Positions 18,705 through 29,861 of a stretch of 64,000 nt of DNA are shown here, in pieces. The stretch covers positions 1-64,000 of the forward strand of contig CBDBIB010000001.1 of the NCBI GenBank assembly GCA_965205945.1, read 5' to 3'. Origin of the DNA: Bdellovibrionales bacterium. Lineage in GTDB: Bacteria > Bdellovibrionota > Bdellovibrionia > Bdellovibrionales > UBA1609. Made by a program: the position numbers and the translations under genes. Positions within the stretch are counted from its first letter, which is position 1. Each line of letters opens with the position of its first letter. The notes below the pieces were generated by a model, which worked only from the letters and a program-made list of their open reading frames with translations, was not told the DNA's origin and made no database searches.

Positions 18705-19707
18705 TGTATAAATTCCTTATAGACTAAATCTTGAATCATAGATCTATATTTATTAAAGTTGGTATTCATTTTATCGGGAAATGTTTTATTTGATAGGATT
18801 ACAACTAAGAGGTCTTTTATTGGATCAAACCAAAAAGAAGTTCCTGTATACCCTAAGTGTCCGATTGAACTTTTAGAAAATAAGGCTCCTGCCGTGGTTT
18901 TTTCACCACTAGGTATCATAAAGCCATTTGCCCATTCATTGTTTATTTTTTTAAAATATTTAGGGTTTTTTTTATACTGAATTCTTAAATTTTCCCATAT
19001 TCAAGCATATCTTGCATAGAGCCAAATAGTCCTGCTTGAGGAGCTACGCCACCTATAACGTGAGTGTTATCATCAAAAACCTCTCCTTGAAGAACTCGTT
19101 TTCTCCAACTACAGATTTTAGTTGGAGCATAAAGATTTTTTTTAAATTTAGGTTTGTTACATAGATTAAAATGTAGTCCTTTAATTTTATTCATTCTTTT
19201 AAAAATTATATCTAGATTCTCACCTTCTAGTTCTTTAATAAAAAAACCTAAAATTAAAAAACCAAGATCTGAATAAACAATATTAGTTTTTCTTTTTTTA
19301 ATGCTTTTAACTTGATTTCTAAGATTTTTTTTTAGTTCAAAAATTTTTTCATCTTCAGGTAGGTCTTTTAAAGCCTTGTAAAGAGCTTTATATTTATTTA
19401 AACCCGAACTATGATTTAAGAGGTCTGTTACTGTCATTTTAGACATATAAAGCCAATTTAAAACTAAAGAGATTTTAGTATTTAAAAATTTTGAATTTTT
19501 ATAAAAATAAGTAGCTATGAAAATGGTTTTTGTTAAAGAAGCAAGGTCATAATAATCATATTTTTTACCATAACATTCAGAAAAAACTTTTTCTCCCTTG
19601 TATAAGACTCCTACTCTTAATGAGAGTTTTGAGTTTTGAGTTAGTTTATTAAAAATATTAGTTTTAAGTTTTATTTTTAAGGATTGAGTTTTTAAATTTT
19701 TAATCAT
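18701..19707 (-). pseudogene. Serine hydrolase (beta-lactamase-related) split by a 1-nt frameshift near 18988
   Basis: DLASLTK (SxxK), LLNHSSGL, YSDLGF, GEVFDDN, AGLFGS upstream; GHLGYTGTSFWFDP downstream; one added base joins the two frames. Confidence 0.85.
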
Positions 19708-19710
19708 AAG

Positions 19711-20598
19711 TTATATATTATTTATTAGGCTAGGCTCATCGTCTAGTATAAGTTTAGACCTTTTTCCTAGCCAGAGAGGGTTGTTTTTTAGGTGAATATG
19801 TCCAGCTTGTAGCCCCGATAAAACTGGAAACTTTTGGTTTAATGCCCATCGCTTTAAAACTTTTTTAATAAGCTGTTCTTGTTTTTTATTTGAATGAGAA
19901 AAGTGTCCAAAAACTATAGCTTTTACACCTGATAAGAATTCTGACTGATTTAAATGTGTAAGCATTCTGTTTATCTTATATGCAGGCTCCTCAACCTCTT
20001 CTAAGAAAAGAATGTCTCCTTTTGATCCCTTATCAATTTTAGTTCCTATTATAGACACTAGTGTTGTTAGGTTGCCTCCAATAAGTTTTGCTAAAATTTT
20101 ATTTTTAGTTGATGTGTTTAATAACCTTAGTTTCTTAAAAGTATCAGAATAAATATAAGGGTTTCTTAATAAAATATTAATTTTATTATTTATATCTATA
20201 TTATTTAATTTTTGAAAAGCTGCACTTACATGGGGCCCATGTATTGAAGAGAGTCCTAAATTTTTATTAAGATAGTAATGAAGACTTGTACAATCGCTAA
20301 ATCCTATATAAGTTTTTTTAGTTTTAAAATCTGAGGGTTTTAAATATGGAATAACTTCTTGCATCCCGTAGCCACCTCTTAAAGCCCAAACTATTTTACT
20401 TGATATTTTTTTGCTAAACGCCTGTTTTAGCTCTTGAATTCTTGATTCTAAATTTGAAGAGCACAGTAAATCTTTTTTAAAAGATATTTCACCTATTCGC
20501 TCTATTAAAATTCCTTGCCTTAACCACCAAGATAAACTTGCTTTAATATCTTCTTCATTAAGTTTAAAACCTGAAGCTACACAAGAGACTTTAACCAT
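19711..20598 (-). CDS. ldcA: LD-carboxypeptidase (S66)
   Basis: RGGYG, GFSDCT, HGP, GGNL, ILFLEEV, AGH. Confidence 0.9.
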   Translation of the reverse strand: MVKVSCVASGFKLNEEDIKASLSWWLRQGILIERIGEISFKKDLLCSSNLESRIQELKQAFSKKISSKIVWALRGGYGMQEVIPYLKPSDFKTKKTYIGFSDCTSLHYYLNKNLGLSSIHGPHVSAAFQKLNNIDINNKINILLRNPYIYSDTFKKLRLLNTSTKNKILAKLIGGNLTTLVSIIGTKIDKGSKGDILFLEEVEEPAYKINRMLTHLNQSEFLSGVKAIVFGHFSHSNKKQEQLIKKVLKRWALNQKFPVLSGLQAGHIHLKNNPLWLGKRSKLILDDEPSLINNI

Positions 20599-20728
20599 AT
20601 AAATAAATCCTTATAAAGCATTAGTAGTTGTAATATTTTCATTTCTTATAAACTTTATTGCTTAAATACTGAAAGTCAATATAGGTTAAATGAGAGGGTT
20701 TGTTTGAAATTTAAATTAGGAGTAGTGA

Positions 20729-21220
20729 ATGGCTAAGAGTATAGTATTTTTATTTTTATTTTTAAGCTATCAAAATATTTTTGGTAAAAACATTGTCTCT
20801 TATGAAGTTAAAGAAAATCAGACTCAAGTATTTATGTTTGGTTTGTTTGCACATTCAGAGTGTTTAATTGCAGATTGGGGAGTTTTAGAATGTGCTTATA
20901 AGATTGGCAAGGGTGAATTTAAAGAGGAAGACTTTGAGTTTAAAGCTATTTGCAATAAAGTATGTAGAAAAGATGAAAATATTATAGATGTTTTTATCCA
21001 GAACAATAATATTGTTGTTCAATTTGAGCTCGGGGATAAATTTTTTGCTGATTTAAATTTAAGCAGTCAAGATTTTTCTCATGCTATTGTTTTAAATGAG
21101 GCCATTGAAAAAGTGAATAAAAATTATAGCCTTTCTCCCTATCGTTTGATGATTATATATTCAGGGGTAAGTTTTGATAAAAACTTAATGGGAGAGCCTG
21201 TAAAACAAAAGAACTTTTAA
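20729..21220 (+). CDS. Hypothetical secreted protein
   Basis: 163-aa ORF, AGGAG RBS, signal-peptide-like N-terminus. Confidence 0.7.
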   Translation: MAKSIVFLFLFLSYQNIFGKNIVSYEVKENQTQVFMFGLFAHSECLIADWGVLECAYKIGKGEFKEEDFEFKAICNKVCRKDENIIDVFIQNNNIVVQFELGDKFFADLNLSSQDFSHAIVLNEAIEKVNKNYSLSPYRLMIIYSGVSFDKNLMGEPVKQKNF

Positions 21221-21223
21221 GTT

Positions 21224-22222
21224 TTAAAAGGCTTCATCAAATGAAACATCACCAGTTACACTTACTTGGTAAGCTGAAACCCTTCTTTCAAAAAAATTAG
21301 CTAATTCTTGAGTGTTTTGAAGTTCCATGAAATCAAAAGGGTTTTTAACGTTATAAATTTTGTCCATACCCATTCGTTCAAACCGTTGATCTGCAACAAA
21401 TTGTAAATATGTTTTCATATCTTTATTAGAAAGACCTGCAATTCCTTGTTCAAGAATTTCTTGAGCAAAAAGCATTTCACAATCTATAGCCTCAGTAAGC
21501 ATTTTTTTAATAGCATTTTTTATGTTGTCATCAAAAAGATCAGGCTCTTCAGTAATGACTGTTTGCATTACCTGAAAAGCAAAATCAATATGTGCACTTT
21601 CATCTCTAAACACCCAGTTTGTTCCAGAAGCTAAACCATTTAAAAGACCTTTTGATCTTAAGAAATAAACATAGGCAAAAGCACCAAAGAAAAATAAACC
21701 TTCAATACAACATGCAAAGCAAATCAGATTTAAGAGAAATTGGCGGCGCTGTTTTTTTGTTTGAATAGTATTTAATTCATTAATTGAGTTCATCCATTTA
21801 AAACAGAATTCACCTTTTGCTTTTATTGAAGGGATAGTTTCAATGGCGGAAAAAGCATCCTCTCTTTCTTTATGGTCAGGAATATAAGTATCTAAAAGTG
21901 TAAGGTAGAACTGCACATGCAAAGCTTCTTCATAAAGTTGACGAGAAAGGTATAATCTGGCTTCTGGTGAATTAATATGTTTATATAAGTTTAGTACAAG
22001 ATTGTTGCTTACAATGGAATCACCTGTTGCAAAAAATGCAACAAGACGTTTAATTAAGAAAAGCTCTTCTTTTGTTAGTTTATTTCTTAAATCAGTAAGA
22101 TCATTTGAAAAGTCTACTTCATCTACAGTCCATGTATTTTTGATTGCATCTTTATACATTTCAAAAAAGACGGGGTATTTCATTGGTCTAAGTGTTAAAT
22201 TAAAACCTGGATCTAATAACAT
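21224..22222 (-). CDS. nrdB: Ribonucleotide reductase class Ia beta subunit
   Basis: FFATGD, EEALHVQFY, IEGLFF, RDESAH, NFFERRV. Confidence 0.96.
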   Translation of the reverse strand: MLLDPGFNLTLRPMKYPVFFEMYKDAIKNTWTVDEVDFSNDLTDLRNKLTKEELFLIKRLVAFFATGDSIVSNNLVLNLYKHINSPEARLYLSRQLYEEALHVQFYLTLLDTYIPDHKEREDAFSAIETIPSIKAKGEFCFKWMNSINELNTIQTKKQRRQFLLNLICFACCIEGLFFFGAFAYVYFLRSKGLLNGLASGTNWVFRDESAHIDFAFQVMQTVITEEPDLFDDNIKNAIKKMLTEAIDCEMLFAQEILEQGIAGLSNKDMKTYLQFVADQRFERMGMDKIYNVKNPFDFMELQNTQELANFFERRVSAYQVSVTGDVSFDEAF

Positions 22223-22276
22223 TATGTTGTTCTCCTAAAAATTTAAGTTACATAAAAAAAGTCATTAAAACGTTTT

Positions 22277-24718
22277 TTACTGACAAGCTTCGCAAACTTC
22301 AGGGTTTTCTAAAGAACAAATTAAAGCTTCTTCTTTAGAAAACATTTTAGTGGGTGTATTTACAATATTATAGTTATTATCTACAGTTTTTGCAATTTTT
22401 GTGGCAGGCCGTGATCTTAGATAATAAGTAGTTTTAAGTCCTTTTTCCCAAGCATACATATACATGCTAGAAAGCTTTCCAATAGATGGGTTTTCAATGA
22501 AAAGATTTAAGGATTGGCTTTGATCAATGTAGGGGCCACGTGCAGCAGCTAAATTGATTAAAGCTTTTTGAGGTAGCTCCCAAGCTGTTCTATAAAGGTT
22601 TTTAATGTCTTCAGGGATGGCCTGAATGGCTTGAATAGATCCTTCAGCAGTCTTAATCTGTATTCGTATATCATTAGTCCAAAGGCCGCGCGCTTTTAAT
22701 GCTTGAACTAGGTACTTGTTAGTTTGAATAAATTCACCAGACAAAGTCTCTCTTTTAAAGTAGTTTGAAACCTGAGGTTCAATTGCTTCAAAAACACCAG
22801 TGATGGTTGCAATAGTTGCTGTTGGGGCAATAGCAATTATTAAAGAGTTTCTTAATCCATCAGTCATGATATCTTTTTTTAAAGTTTCCCACCTTTGCAT
22901 TTGAGCAGGCTTTATCCCCCAAAGATCAAACTGGAAGTCACCTTTAGCAGCCCTTGTTTCTTTAAAAGCTTTGTGAGGTCCTTGCTGTTTAGAAATAATC
23001 GTGGAGGTTTTTAAAGACCAATAATAAATTTCTTCTTGAATTTTTGTAGAAAGCTTTAAAGCTTCAGGGCTATCATATTCTAGATTAAGTTTGAAAAAAA
23101 CATCTTGTAAGCCCATTACACCAAGTCCAATAGGCCTCCATTTATTGTTAGAATTTTTTGCTGTTGGAATAGGATAAAAGTTTATATCAATAACTTTATC
23201 TAAATATTTAACAGCAATTTGCACAGTTTGAGCAAGCTTTGTGAAGTTAAATTTACCATCTACAACATGGTTTGAAAGATTAACACTTCCAAGGTTACAA
23301 ACTGCGGTCTCATCTTTTGAAGTTACTTCTAGAATTTCAGTACAAAGGTTGGATAAATGAATTATATTTTTAGGATATCCAGTTTGGTTACTTTTTTGGT
23401 TACTGGTATCTTTAAATGTCATCCAGCCATTACCTGTTTGAGCTAAGGTTTTCATCATTCTTGAGTAAAGATCTCTAGCTTTTATTTGTTTTTCAAAAAG
23501 ACCGTCTTTTTCACCTTGCGTGTAAATTTCTTTAAACTTATCACCAAAAGTATCAACTAAAAGAGGTATTTTTTTAGGATCAAATAAAGACCAGAAAGCG
23601 TTTTCTTTAACTCTTTCCATGAATAAGTCAGGAACCCAATTAGCAAGGTTTATGTTATGAGCACGTGCTGCTTCATCTCCTGTATTATCTCTAAGTTCTA
23701 AGAATTCTTCAATGTCTGCATGCCATGATTCAAGGTAAATACAAGCAGCACCCTTTCTTCTTCCCCCTTGATTTACAGCAGCTACTGAAGAATCTAAAGT
23801 CTTAATCCAAGGAATAAGCCCATTAGATTTTCCGTTAGTCCCTTTAATTAAAGAGCCTCTAGATCTAACTCTATGGAAAGCGACACCAATGCCACCAGCA
23901 AATTTTGAAAGTAAGGCTATATCCTTATATTTATCGTAAATATCAGCAAGATTATCATCGGGGCTATCTAAAAGGTAGCAACTTGAAAGTTGTGGTCTTA
24001 AAGTTGCAGAGTTAAATAGCGTAGGAGAACTTGGCATGTAATCCATTTGAGAAATAAGATCATAAAACTCTTTAGCTTCAGGAAAAGTTGAACTTAAACC
24101 GCATGCTACACGTAAGAAAAAATATTGAGGAGTTTCAATGATTTGACGAGTTTGAGGGTGTTTTAAAAGATACCGATCATAAACAGTTCTGAGTCCAAAG
24201 TACTCAAATTTATCATTTCTTGTCTTATCTATAATTAGATTTAAAGCTTCTTTATTTTCAAGAGCAAATTCGGCTTTCTCTTTACAGATAAGGCTTAATT
24301 CATATCCTCTTTTAATAGAATCAAAAAAGTTTAAAATATTTTGAGAAGCAACTTCCTCTTGAATGTATCTGTTTAAAAGTCTTTGAGCAAGTTTTGAATA
24401 CACAGGGTCCTCACTAATAAGCATAGAGGCGGTTTGAATACAAAGCTCATCAAGCTCTTTAGTTGTAGCACCATCATAGAGGCCACTGATGGCTTTTGTA
24501 GCAATTCTCATGGGATCTACTTCTGATAAACCGTTTGAACATGCAATTACTACATTAACAATTTTATTTACATCAACAGGAACAAGGTTTCCGTTTCTTT
24601 TTTTTACGTGCATTATTTTTGGGGTTCCAGTTTTATCTAAAGGATTCATACTTGAAGGCTTGGTATTATTAAGATAAGCGTCGTTAGTTTTTTCTTTTTC
24701 TATGTCGATATTCATCAT
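22277..24718 (-). CDS. nrdA: Ribonucleotide reductase class Ia alpha subunit with ATP cone
   Basis: VKKRNG, SPTLFN, QLSSCYL, SNLCTEI, APTAT, KTTYYLR, C-terminal CEAC. Confidence 0.97.
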   Translation of the reverse strand: MMNIDIEKEKTNDAYLNNTKPSSMNPLDKTGTPKIMHVKKRNGNLVPVDVNKIVNVVIACSNGLSEVDPMRIATKAISGLYDGATTKELDELCIQTASMLISEDPVYSKLAQRLLNRYIQEEVASQNILNFFDSIKRGYELSLICKEKAEFALENKEALNLIIDKTRNDKFEYFGLRTVYDRYLLKHPQTRQIIETPQYFFLRVACGLSSTFPEAKEFYDLISQMDYMPSSPTLFNSATLRPQLSSCYLLDSPDDNLADIYDKYKDIALLSKFAGGIGVAFHRVRSRGSLIKGTNGKSNGLIPWIKTLDSSVAAVNQGGRRKGAACIYLESWHADIEEFLELRDNTGDEAARAHNINLANWVPDLFMERVKENAFWSLFDPKKIPLLVDTFGDKFKEIYTQGEKDGLFEKQIKARDLYSRMMKTLAQTGNGWMTFKDTSNQKSNQTGYPKNIIHLSNLCTEILEVTSKDETAVCNLGSVNLSNHVVDGKFNFTKLAQTVQIAVKYLDKVIDINFYPIPTAKNSNNKWRPIGLGVMGLQDVFFKLNLEYDSPEALKLSTKIQEEIYYWSLKTSTIISKQQGPHKAFKETRAAKGDFQFDLWGIKPAQMQRWETLKKDIMTDGLRNSLIIAIAPTATIATITGVFEAIEPQVSNYFKRETLSGEFIQTNKYLVQALKARGLWTNDIRIQIKTAEGSIQAIQAIPEDIKNLYRTAWELPQKALINLAAARGPYIDQSQSLNLFIENPSIGKLSSMYMYAWEKGLKTTYYLRSRPATKIAKTVDNNYNIVNTPTKMFSKEEALICSLENPEVCEACQ

Positions 24719-24741
24719 GAACTCCTTTTAGTGCTATTTAC

Positions 24742-24780
24742 TTTTAAATCCTATTTTAGTCTAATAAATAGGATTTAAAA
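24742..24780. promoter_or_regulatory. Perfect 15-bp-arm inverted repeat just upstream of the nrdA RBS
   Basis: TTTTAAATCCTATTT-9 nt-AAATAGGATTTAAAA. Confidence 0.55.
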
Positions 24781-25155
24781 ATCAGTGCTTAAAGAAAAGA
24801 ATATTAAGATTAATTGCATATAAATTCACCTACTCTCATCTTGTTTCTCTTTTAGTAATGAAGGTTTCAGATCTTTTTAAAATATAGTTTTTTTTAAACC
24901 TATGTGTAACCTGAGATTCTCTTCATTTTTATTTTGATACTATTTTAAAGTATAAATTTACTTACTTTTTAAGACCTCAGTCAAACTTGAAAAAAAAATG
25001 TCTTTTTGCATTTTTTCTTGCATCTTTTTTAAAAAATACTTTAAAAAAAACATGCTCAAAAACTAAACGTTTTTGATTAAGGTGTATGTATTTTATAAAT
25101 AAACAAAACATCTATTTAAGTATTTCATGTATTTTAAAGTAAATCTAAAGAATAG

Positions 25156-25226
25156 AGGTCTAGTTTTATATAAAAAACAAGAATTCACTGTTTAAAGGTC
25201 TAGTTTTGTATAAAAAACAAGAATTC
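25156..25226. repeat. Two 31-bp direct repeats (40-bp period) in the divergent intergenic region
   Basis: AGGTCTAGTTTT(A/G)TATAAAAAACAAGAATTC at 25156 and 25196. Confidence 0.85.
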
Positions 25227-25418
25227 GTTATTTTTTGACAACAAGAAATTTTTTTTCCTGTGTTTTTATTAAAAAGGTTTTTTTTTCATAAAAGCATCTA
25301 TACATAGTGAAATTTTTATCAAAAAAAACTATAAAGCTATTAATATCCGCCTTAAAAGATTAGAATGCTTGTATTTAAGGAGGGAGAAATCCTTGGTTAA
25401 AAAGGGCTTATTTATATA

Positions 25419-26807
25419 ATGAAAAGTATAATTTCTATAATATATTGTAGCGTATTTAGCATGAGCTTAGGTATCGTACCCTTAACAGCGTATTCGTTTA
25501 ATCTTATGGGTGTTCAAGAATATAAAAGTACCAGGTTAAATGAGACTGTATCAATTAAAACAGGTGTTTTTTATTTAAATCACTATCATCGTCAGTTTGA
25601 GCAGTCGTTGTATAGTTTTGATTTAAAAGGAAATAAAAAAATTTCATCTAAAGCAAATTTTATTTTTAATGGTTTTGGACTTTTAAAAGTGGAAGGTGAG
25701 GGGGCCTCATCTTATTCCCTCTCAGAAATATATTATCTTAATCAATTTTCTTCTAAGCTAGAATATTCAATTGGAAGAAAAATTATAAATTGGTCTGAGT
25801 TAGAACAGTATTTACCGTCAGGATTTTGGAACAATGTTTGGGATTTTAATAAGGTATCTCCACTAAAAGAAGGGCTTGTGGGTATATTTTTAAATTATAA
25901 AGCTTCGGATAAATCAAAAATAGAGTTTTTTATAAGTCCGGTCTCAATACCTAAAATGACATCTCACTATAAATTTGATAGTACTGGAAAAGTAAAAGCT
26001 AATACATTATGGGTTAAGCCACTTTCTAAGAGTATTAATTATAAGGGAGATCAATATAAAGCTAAGTATTTTTTGGATTTAAATATTTCTAGATTAGTAG
26101 CTCAACCTCAGATTGGAGGAAGTTTTAATTGGTCTGATAAAAAAACTTTTTTAAAGGCTTCATATTTTTATGGTCCAAGTAAGGATATTGATACAGCTGT
26201 TGATTTTTCTTGGGATGTAACGACACCAGAGAGTCATATTGAAGTGTTTATTCTTCCTAAAAGAGTGAATGTTTATAAGGGTACTGTAGAATTTGGTAAG
26301 TATTGGAACGAAAGTTCAAAAATGATATTTAGTACTAGTTATAGGCAAAGAGCTAAAAAGCTGCCTACTACGATAGATGATAAAAAAAGTTATATAGGAA
26401 CTAGTTCTGGTGGAATTTACCAACTTTCTTATGAACAGTTTTTTAAGGCTAAAAGTGTGCGAACTAGGGTTCATGTTGTTGAGAATACAGCCATTCAGAA
26501 TCTTACTAGTGGAGAGCTTGGTGAATTTTTATTAAGTTCACCTTCTGCTTCTTTTCAATATAGGAGAGGAATTGGCGGCAGCATTGACTATAAAACAGGG
26601 CCAAGATTTAAAGTACATTTTCAAGGGTATTACGATATTAAGTTAAAAGGAGTAATGGGGAATTTTAATATTAATATGAATTGGGGAAAAGCACACCTAA
26701 CTCTAGGGTATAATTTTATTGAAGCTATTTCTTTTCAAACAGAAGCCTTTTATAAAGATTTTAGAGAAAACGACTCTTATCATATGGGGGTTTCTTATGT
26801 TTTTTAA
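25419..26807 (+). CDS. Putative outer-membrane beta-barrel protein
   Basis: Signal peptide, IGRKIINWS porin-like motif, alternating aromatic strands, C-terminal GVSYVF. Confidence 0.7.
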   Translation: MKSIISIIYCSVFSMSLGIVPLTAYSFNLMGVQEYKSTRLNETVSIKTGVFYLNHYHRQFEQSLYSFDLKGNKKISSKANFIFNGFGLLKVEGEGASSYSLSEIYYLNQFSSKLEYSIGRKIINWSELEQYLPSGFWNNVWDFNKVSPLKEGLVGIFLNYKASDKSKIEFFISPVSIPKMTSHYKFDSTGKVKANTLWVKPLSKSINYKGDQYKAKYFLDLNISRLVAQPQIGGSFNWSDKKTFLKASYFYGPSKDIDTAVDFSWDVTTPESHIEVFILPKRVNVYKGTVEFGKYWNESSKMIFSTSYRQRAKKLPTTIDDKKSYIGTSSGGIYQLSYEQFFKAKSVRTRVHVVENTAIQNLTSGELGEFLLSSPSASFQYRRGIGGSIDYKTGPRFKVHFQGYYDIKLKGVMGNFNINMNWGKAHLTLGYNFIEAISFQTEAFYKDFRENDSYHMGVSYVF

Positions 26808-28962
26808 ATTAATAGTATTGTTTAACTTTATTTTTTTATTATCATGCACAAACGATCATAATTTTAAAAAAAATAAGCCTGTGATAAGTTTGAGTTATGA
26901 TTCAAATTGTTTAAATAGCTTAGGGGAAGCTATGGAGTCTTATTCAAATGAATTTCTTTCAGATAAAGAGATTAAACGAAGTTTTAAGTGTGTTATAGAT
27001 GCTGTTGATTATATTCAATTAAAAGTAAAAGGTAAAAATAAAGGGGTTTACAGTGCTTTAGAAATACAAAATTTTTTGAATAAATTTTTATTTAAAAACA
27101 ATAAAAAAGCTATAGATTTTTATGAAAGGCTTTTAGCTTTTAAAAATCAAATTTTTGGTGGAAATATAAAAAATTTGACTTTTACAGACTTAAAGGTTTT
27201 AAAGATTTTTTTGCAAGAAGCTAAAGAGTTAGCACTTATTATGAAGCCTCATGTTTTAGAATTATTCTTTAAAAAACCTTTTGATGAATCAGTTGATATT
27301 AGGGCCCTTCTACGGCTGAATTCTAAGTTTTTAAGGAAGTGGGTTCTTTTCCAAAATAACAACTTAAATATTCAAGAGATTCTAGGTTTTTTAAAAGGGC
27401 TTGATGTTAAAATTAAAGCTCAAGAAAGTTGGATTTCGATTTTTAATTTATTAAGATCTGTTGATTCAAAAAGTATCCAGGTTAAGAATAGTGATAAACT
27501 TGATTTAATAAAGGCTTTTGAAAATTATCATGTTAAAACTCTAGATTTATATAAAAGTTTAGATGGCAATTGGGAGTTTGAAAGAAAATCTTTTTTTGAA
27601 TTTTCTTTTAAAGTAGAAAATCTTTTTTTAACTATAGGGGAGACGATAAAGCATCATCCTAATAAAAAGTGGTCTTTAAAAGATTTAACCCATGTAACGC
27701 ATCTAATGAGCGAGTACAAGTTTTTAGGTAAGAGTTTATCTTTAGAAACTCAAGAGCATATTTTAAAAGTTATATTTGAGAAATATTTTTCAAATGGAAA
27801 CAAAGAAGTAGTTTTAGATTCTAAGAATTTTCAAGAAATTGTTTCTGCTTGGTCTGATATAAAAAAGTTTCTTATTAAAGCAAAAAATATTGAAGGTCAT
27901 ATAGGTGAGGATTTTCCTTTTGTTCAAGAAGGAGAAGACATCTTTTCACAATTTACTCAAAGCAGGTGGCCTTCTTTGGTTAGAAGTAATAGAACTATAT
28001 TTATACCGAATTACAGTTTAGCAGTAGAGTTTAGTTTTCAAAGTTTATTTCATGCAAGTTGGCAGTTTTTATTTGCTAAGCTTTTAATTAAAGCTTACTC
28101 CAAAGATTTACAAAATGGGGTTAGTCAAGGGCTCGGTTTAGAGCAAGTAAAGGAAGCTTACTTAGATATATTTTTGTTTTTAAAAGACTTAGGCTTATTA
28201 AATGAAAGTAGTAGGGGAAGTTGGTTTAGGATTTATAATGAAGGGAATATTTTTGTTCCATCTGCTATACCAGATAATGTAGTGAGTTTGAGTGAAATAG
28301 CTGATTATGCTGCATATATGTTTTCGGCGTATTATGTTGGGGGTTATATTAAAGAATATATGGAGCAGCGATGTCCAACTTTTGATGAAATCTGCTCTTT
28401 TAATTATGTATTTAATAACGCAAATGAGGTGTTTGAATCTTTACCAGGGCTTAGTCAATATTTAATGCCTGAGAATTTTATTAATCTAACTGATTTTAAA
28501 AAATCACACAATGCGTGGCAAAAAAACCTTGAGTATATAGCTAAACTTACCAACGATGAGTCCCCATATAAAAAACTTGAGTGGTTTAGGGCCTCTATTG
28601 CTAATCAATATATTGAAGTTATTTTTAGAAAATATGATTTAGATAGATCAAATACTTTGAGTTTTGAAGAAGTGAGTTTGGCTTATAAAGATTTTAAAGA
28701 AGCATTAAAACTTCTTCCTATGATTAGGAATTCTAAGCTTGATGATGCTCAGCTAAAAGGAGTATTTACGTTTTTTATTAAAAAAGGGAAAGCCCCTAAA
28801 TTTAGAAAAGGAAGGCCAACAGGGCCCTTGATAAAGCACATTATTCTTTGTGGAGGGGTTGATACCAGTAAGAAAAAAGAGTGTATGTTTGAGGCAGATC
28901 GCGCTCAAATAATATCTATTCTAGCATATATGACTAAAACTAACTATGAGAACTCTAAATAG
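26797..28962 (+). CDS. Large hypothetical lipoprotein with an EF-hand-like motif near the C-terminus
   Basis: MFFKLIVLFNFIFLLSC lipobox from ATG 26797; DLDRSNTLSFEE. Confidence 0.75.
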   Translation: MFFKLIVLFNFIFLLSCTNDHNFKKNKPVISLSYDSNCLNSLGEAMESYSNEFLSDKEIKRSFKCVIDAVDYIQLKVKGKNKGVYSALEIQNFLNKFLFKNNKKAIDFYERLLAFKNQIFGGNIKNLTFTDLKVLKIFLQEAKELALIMKPHVLELFFKKPFDESVDIRALLRLNSKFLRKWVLFQNNNLNIQEILGFLKGLDVKIKAQESWISIFNLLRSVDSKSIQVKNSDKLDLIKAFENYHVKTLDLYKSLDGNWEFERKSFFEFSFKVENLFLTIGETIKHHPNKKWSLKDLTHVTHLMSEYKFLGKSLSLETQEHILKVIFEKYFSNGNKEVVLDSKNFQEIVSAWSDIKKFLIKAKNIEGHIGEDFPFVQEGEDIFSQFTQSRWPSLVRSNRTIFIPNYSLAVEFSFQSLFHASWQFLFAKLLIKAYSKDLQNGVSQGLGLEQVKEAYLDIFLFLKDLGLLNESSRGSWFRIYNEGNIFVPSAIPDNVVSLSEIADYAAYMFSAYYVGGYIKEYMEQRCPTFDEICSFNYVFNNANEVFESLPGLSQYLMPENFINLTDFKKSHNAWQKNLEYIAKLTNDESPYKKLEWFRASIANQYIEVIFRKYDLDRSNTLSFEEVSLAYKDFKEALKLLPMIRNSKLDDAQLKGVFTFFIKKGKAPKFRKGRPTGPLIKHIILCGGVDTSKKKECMFEADRAQIISILAYMTKTNYENSK

Positions 28963-29069
28963 GATTTATCGTTATTAGAGTGTTTATTTCATTTCTTAAA
29001 AATTTTATAATCTAGCTTATTTAAATATAAAATTTAGATATAAGGGTTAAACCCATGGTAATCATATTT

Positions 29070-29720
29070 AGGGCGTGTTCTTATAAGCAGGCCCTGAATT
29101 CAATATGAATATCTAGTTGATTGATTAAATGAAAATGATGAGAAAAACTTGATTTATGGAGGTTTTTTACATGACCAGAAAAGTTTTATCAGATTCTTTA
29201 TGAAGACAACTTAAAGTTATTTTAGTTTCTTATAATTGTAGAAGATCAAAAAATAATCGTAATGTTATGGAAGCCATTTTATGGAAGCTTAGAACTGGTA
29301 GTTCTTGGAGAGATGTTTTAGAAAAATTTTGTCCTTGGAAAACAGCCTACAATGGCTTTAACTGTTGGGTGCAAAAAGGCTTATGGGATAATTTTTTTTG
29401 CTGTACAAGAAGAAATTGATACAGAGTGGGTGTCTATTGACAGAACTTACGTACGTACTCATTAGCATGCTAATGGGGCTAGGCGTGGAGAAGAGTGTGC
29501 AATTAGAAAATCTGCAGGTGGAGCCACAACAAAAATACACATGGCCTGTGATGCCCATGAAAATCCGATCTGTTTTAAAGTCACTGGGGGCCAAGTGCAT
29601 GACAGTAAAGCTGCACCCAGCTTAATTAAAAAAATAGAAGGTGAAAACCTTTTATTTGACAAAGGTTATGATTCCGAAGAGATAAGGCAATTAGTACGAG
29701 ACAAAAATAATATTAATTGA
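29070..29720 (+). mobile_element. Degenerate IS5-family element (transposase pseudogene 29171-29720)
   Basis: AGGGCGTGTT end; EAILWKLRTGSSWRD...PWKTAYNGF.W; after a T-run shift, IDRTYVRTH*HA...GGATTKIH...GQVHDS...DKGYDSE; internal stops, 3' truncated. Confidence 0.88.
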
Positions 29721-29861
29721 ATATAGAGTGTAAAGATTTTTAACTACAAGTATGAAAGATCTACAAACCAATTGATATAAGTAGATTAAAATTAGTAGTT
29801 CCATTAAACTTGTAAAGGTATAAGAGAGAACTAAATATAAAATTTAGATACAGGATTATTT

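Noticed and set aside
18985..18996. Programmed -1 frameshift in the serine hydrolase
   Set aside because: GGG AAA ATT is not in X XXY YYZ phase and no stimulatory structure is evident
29358..29662. Three short ORFs as independent genes
   Set aside because: Alternative frames of the IS5 transposase pseudogene
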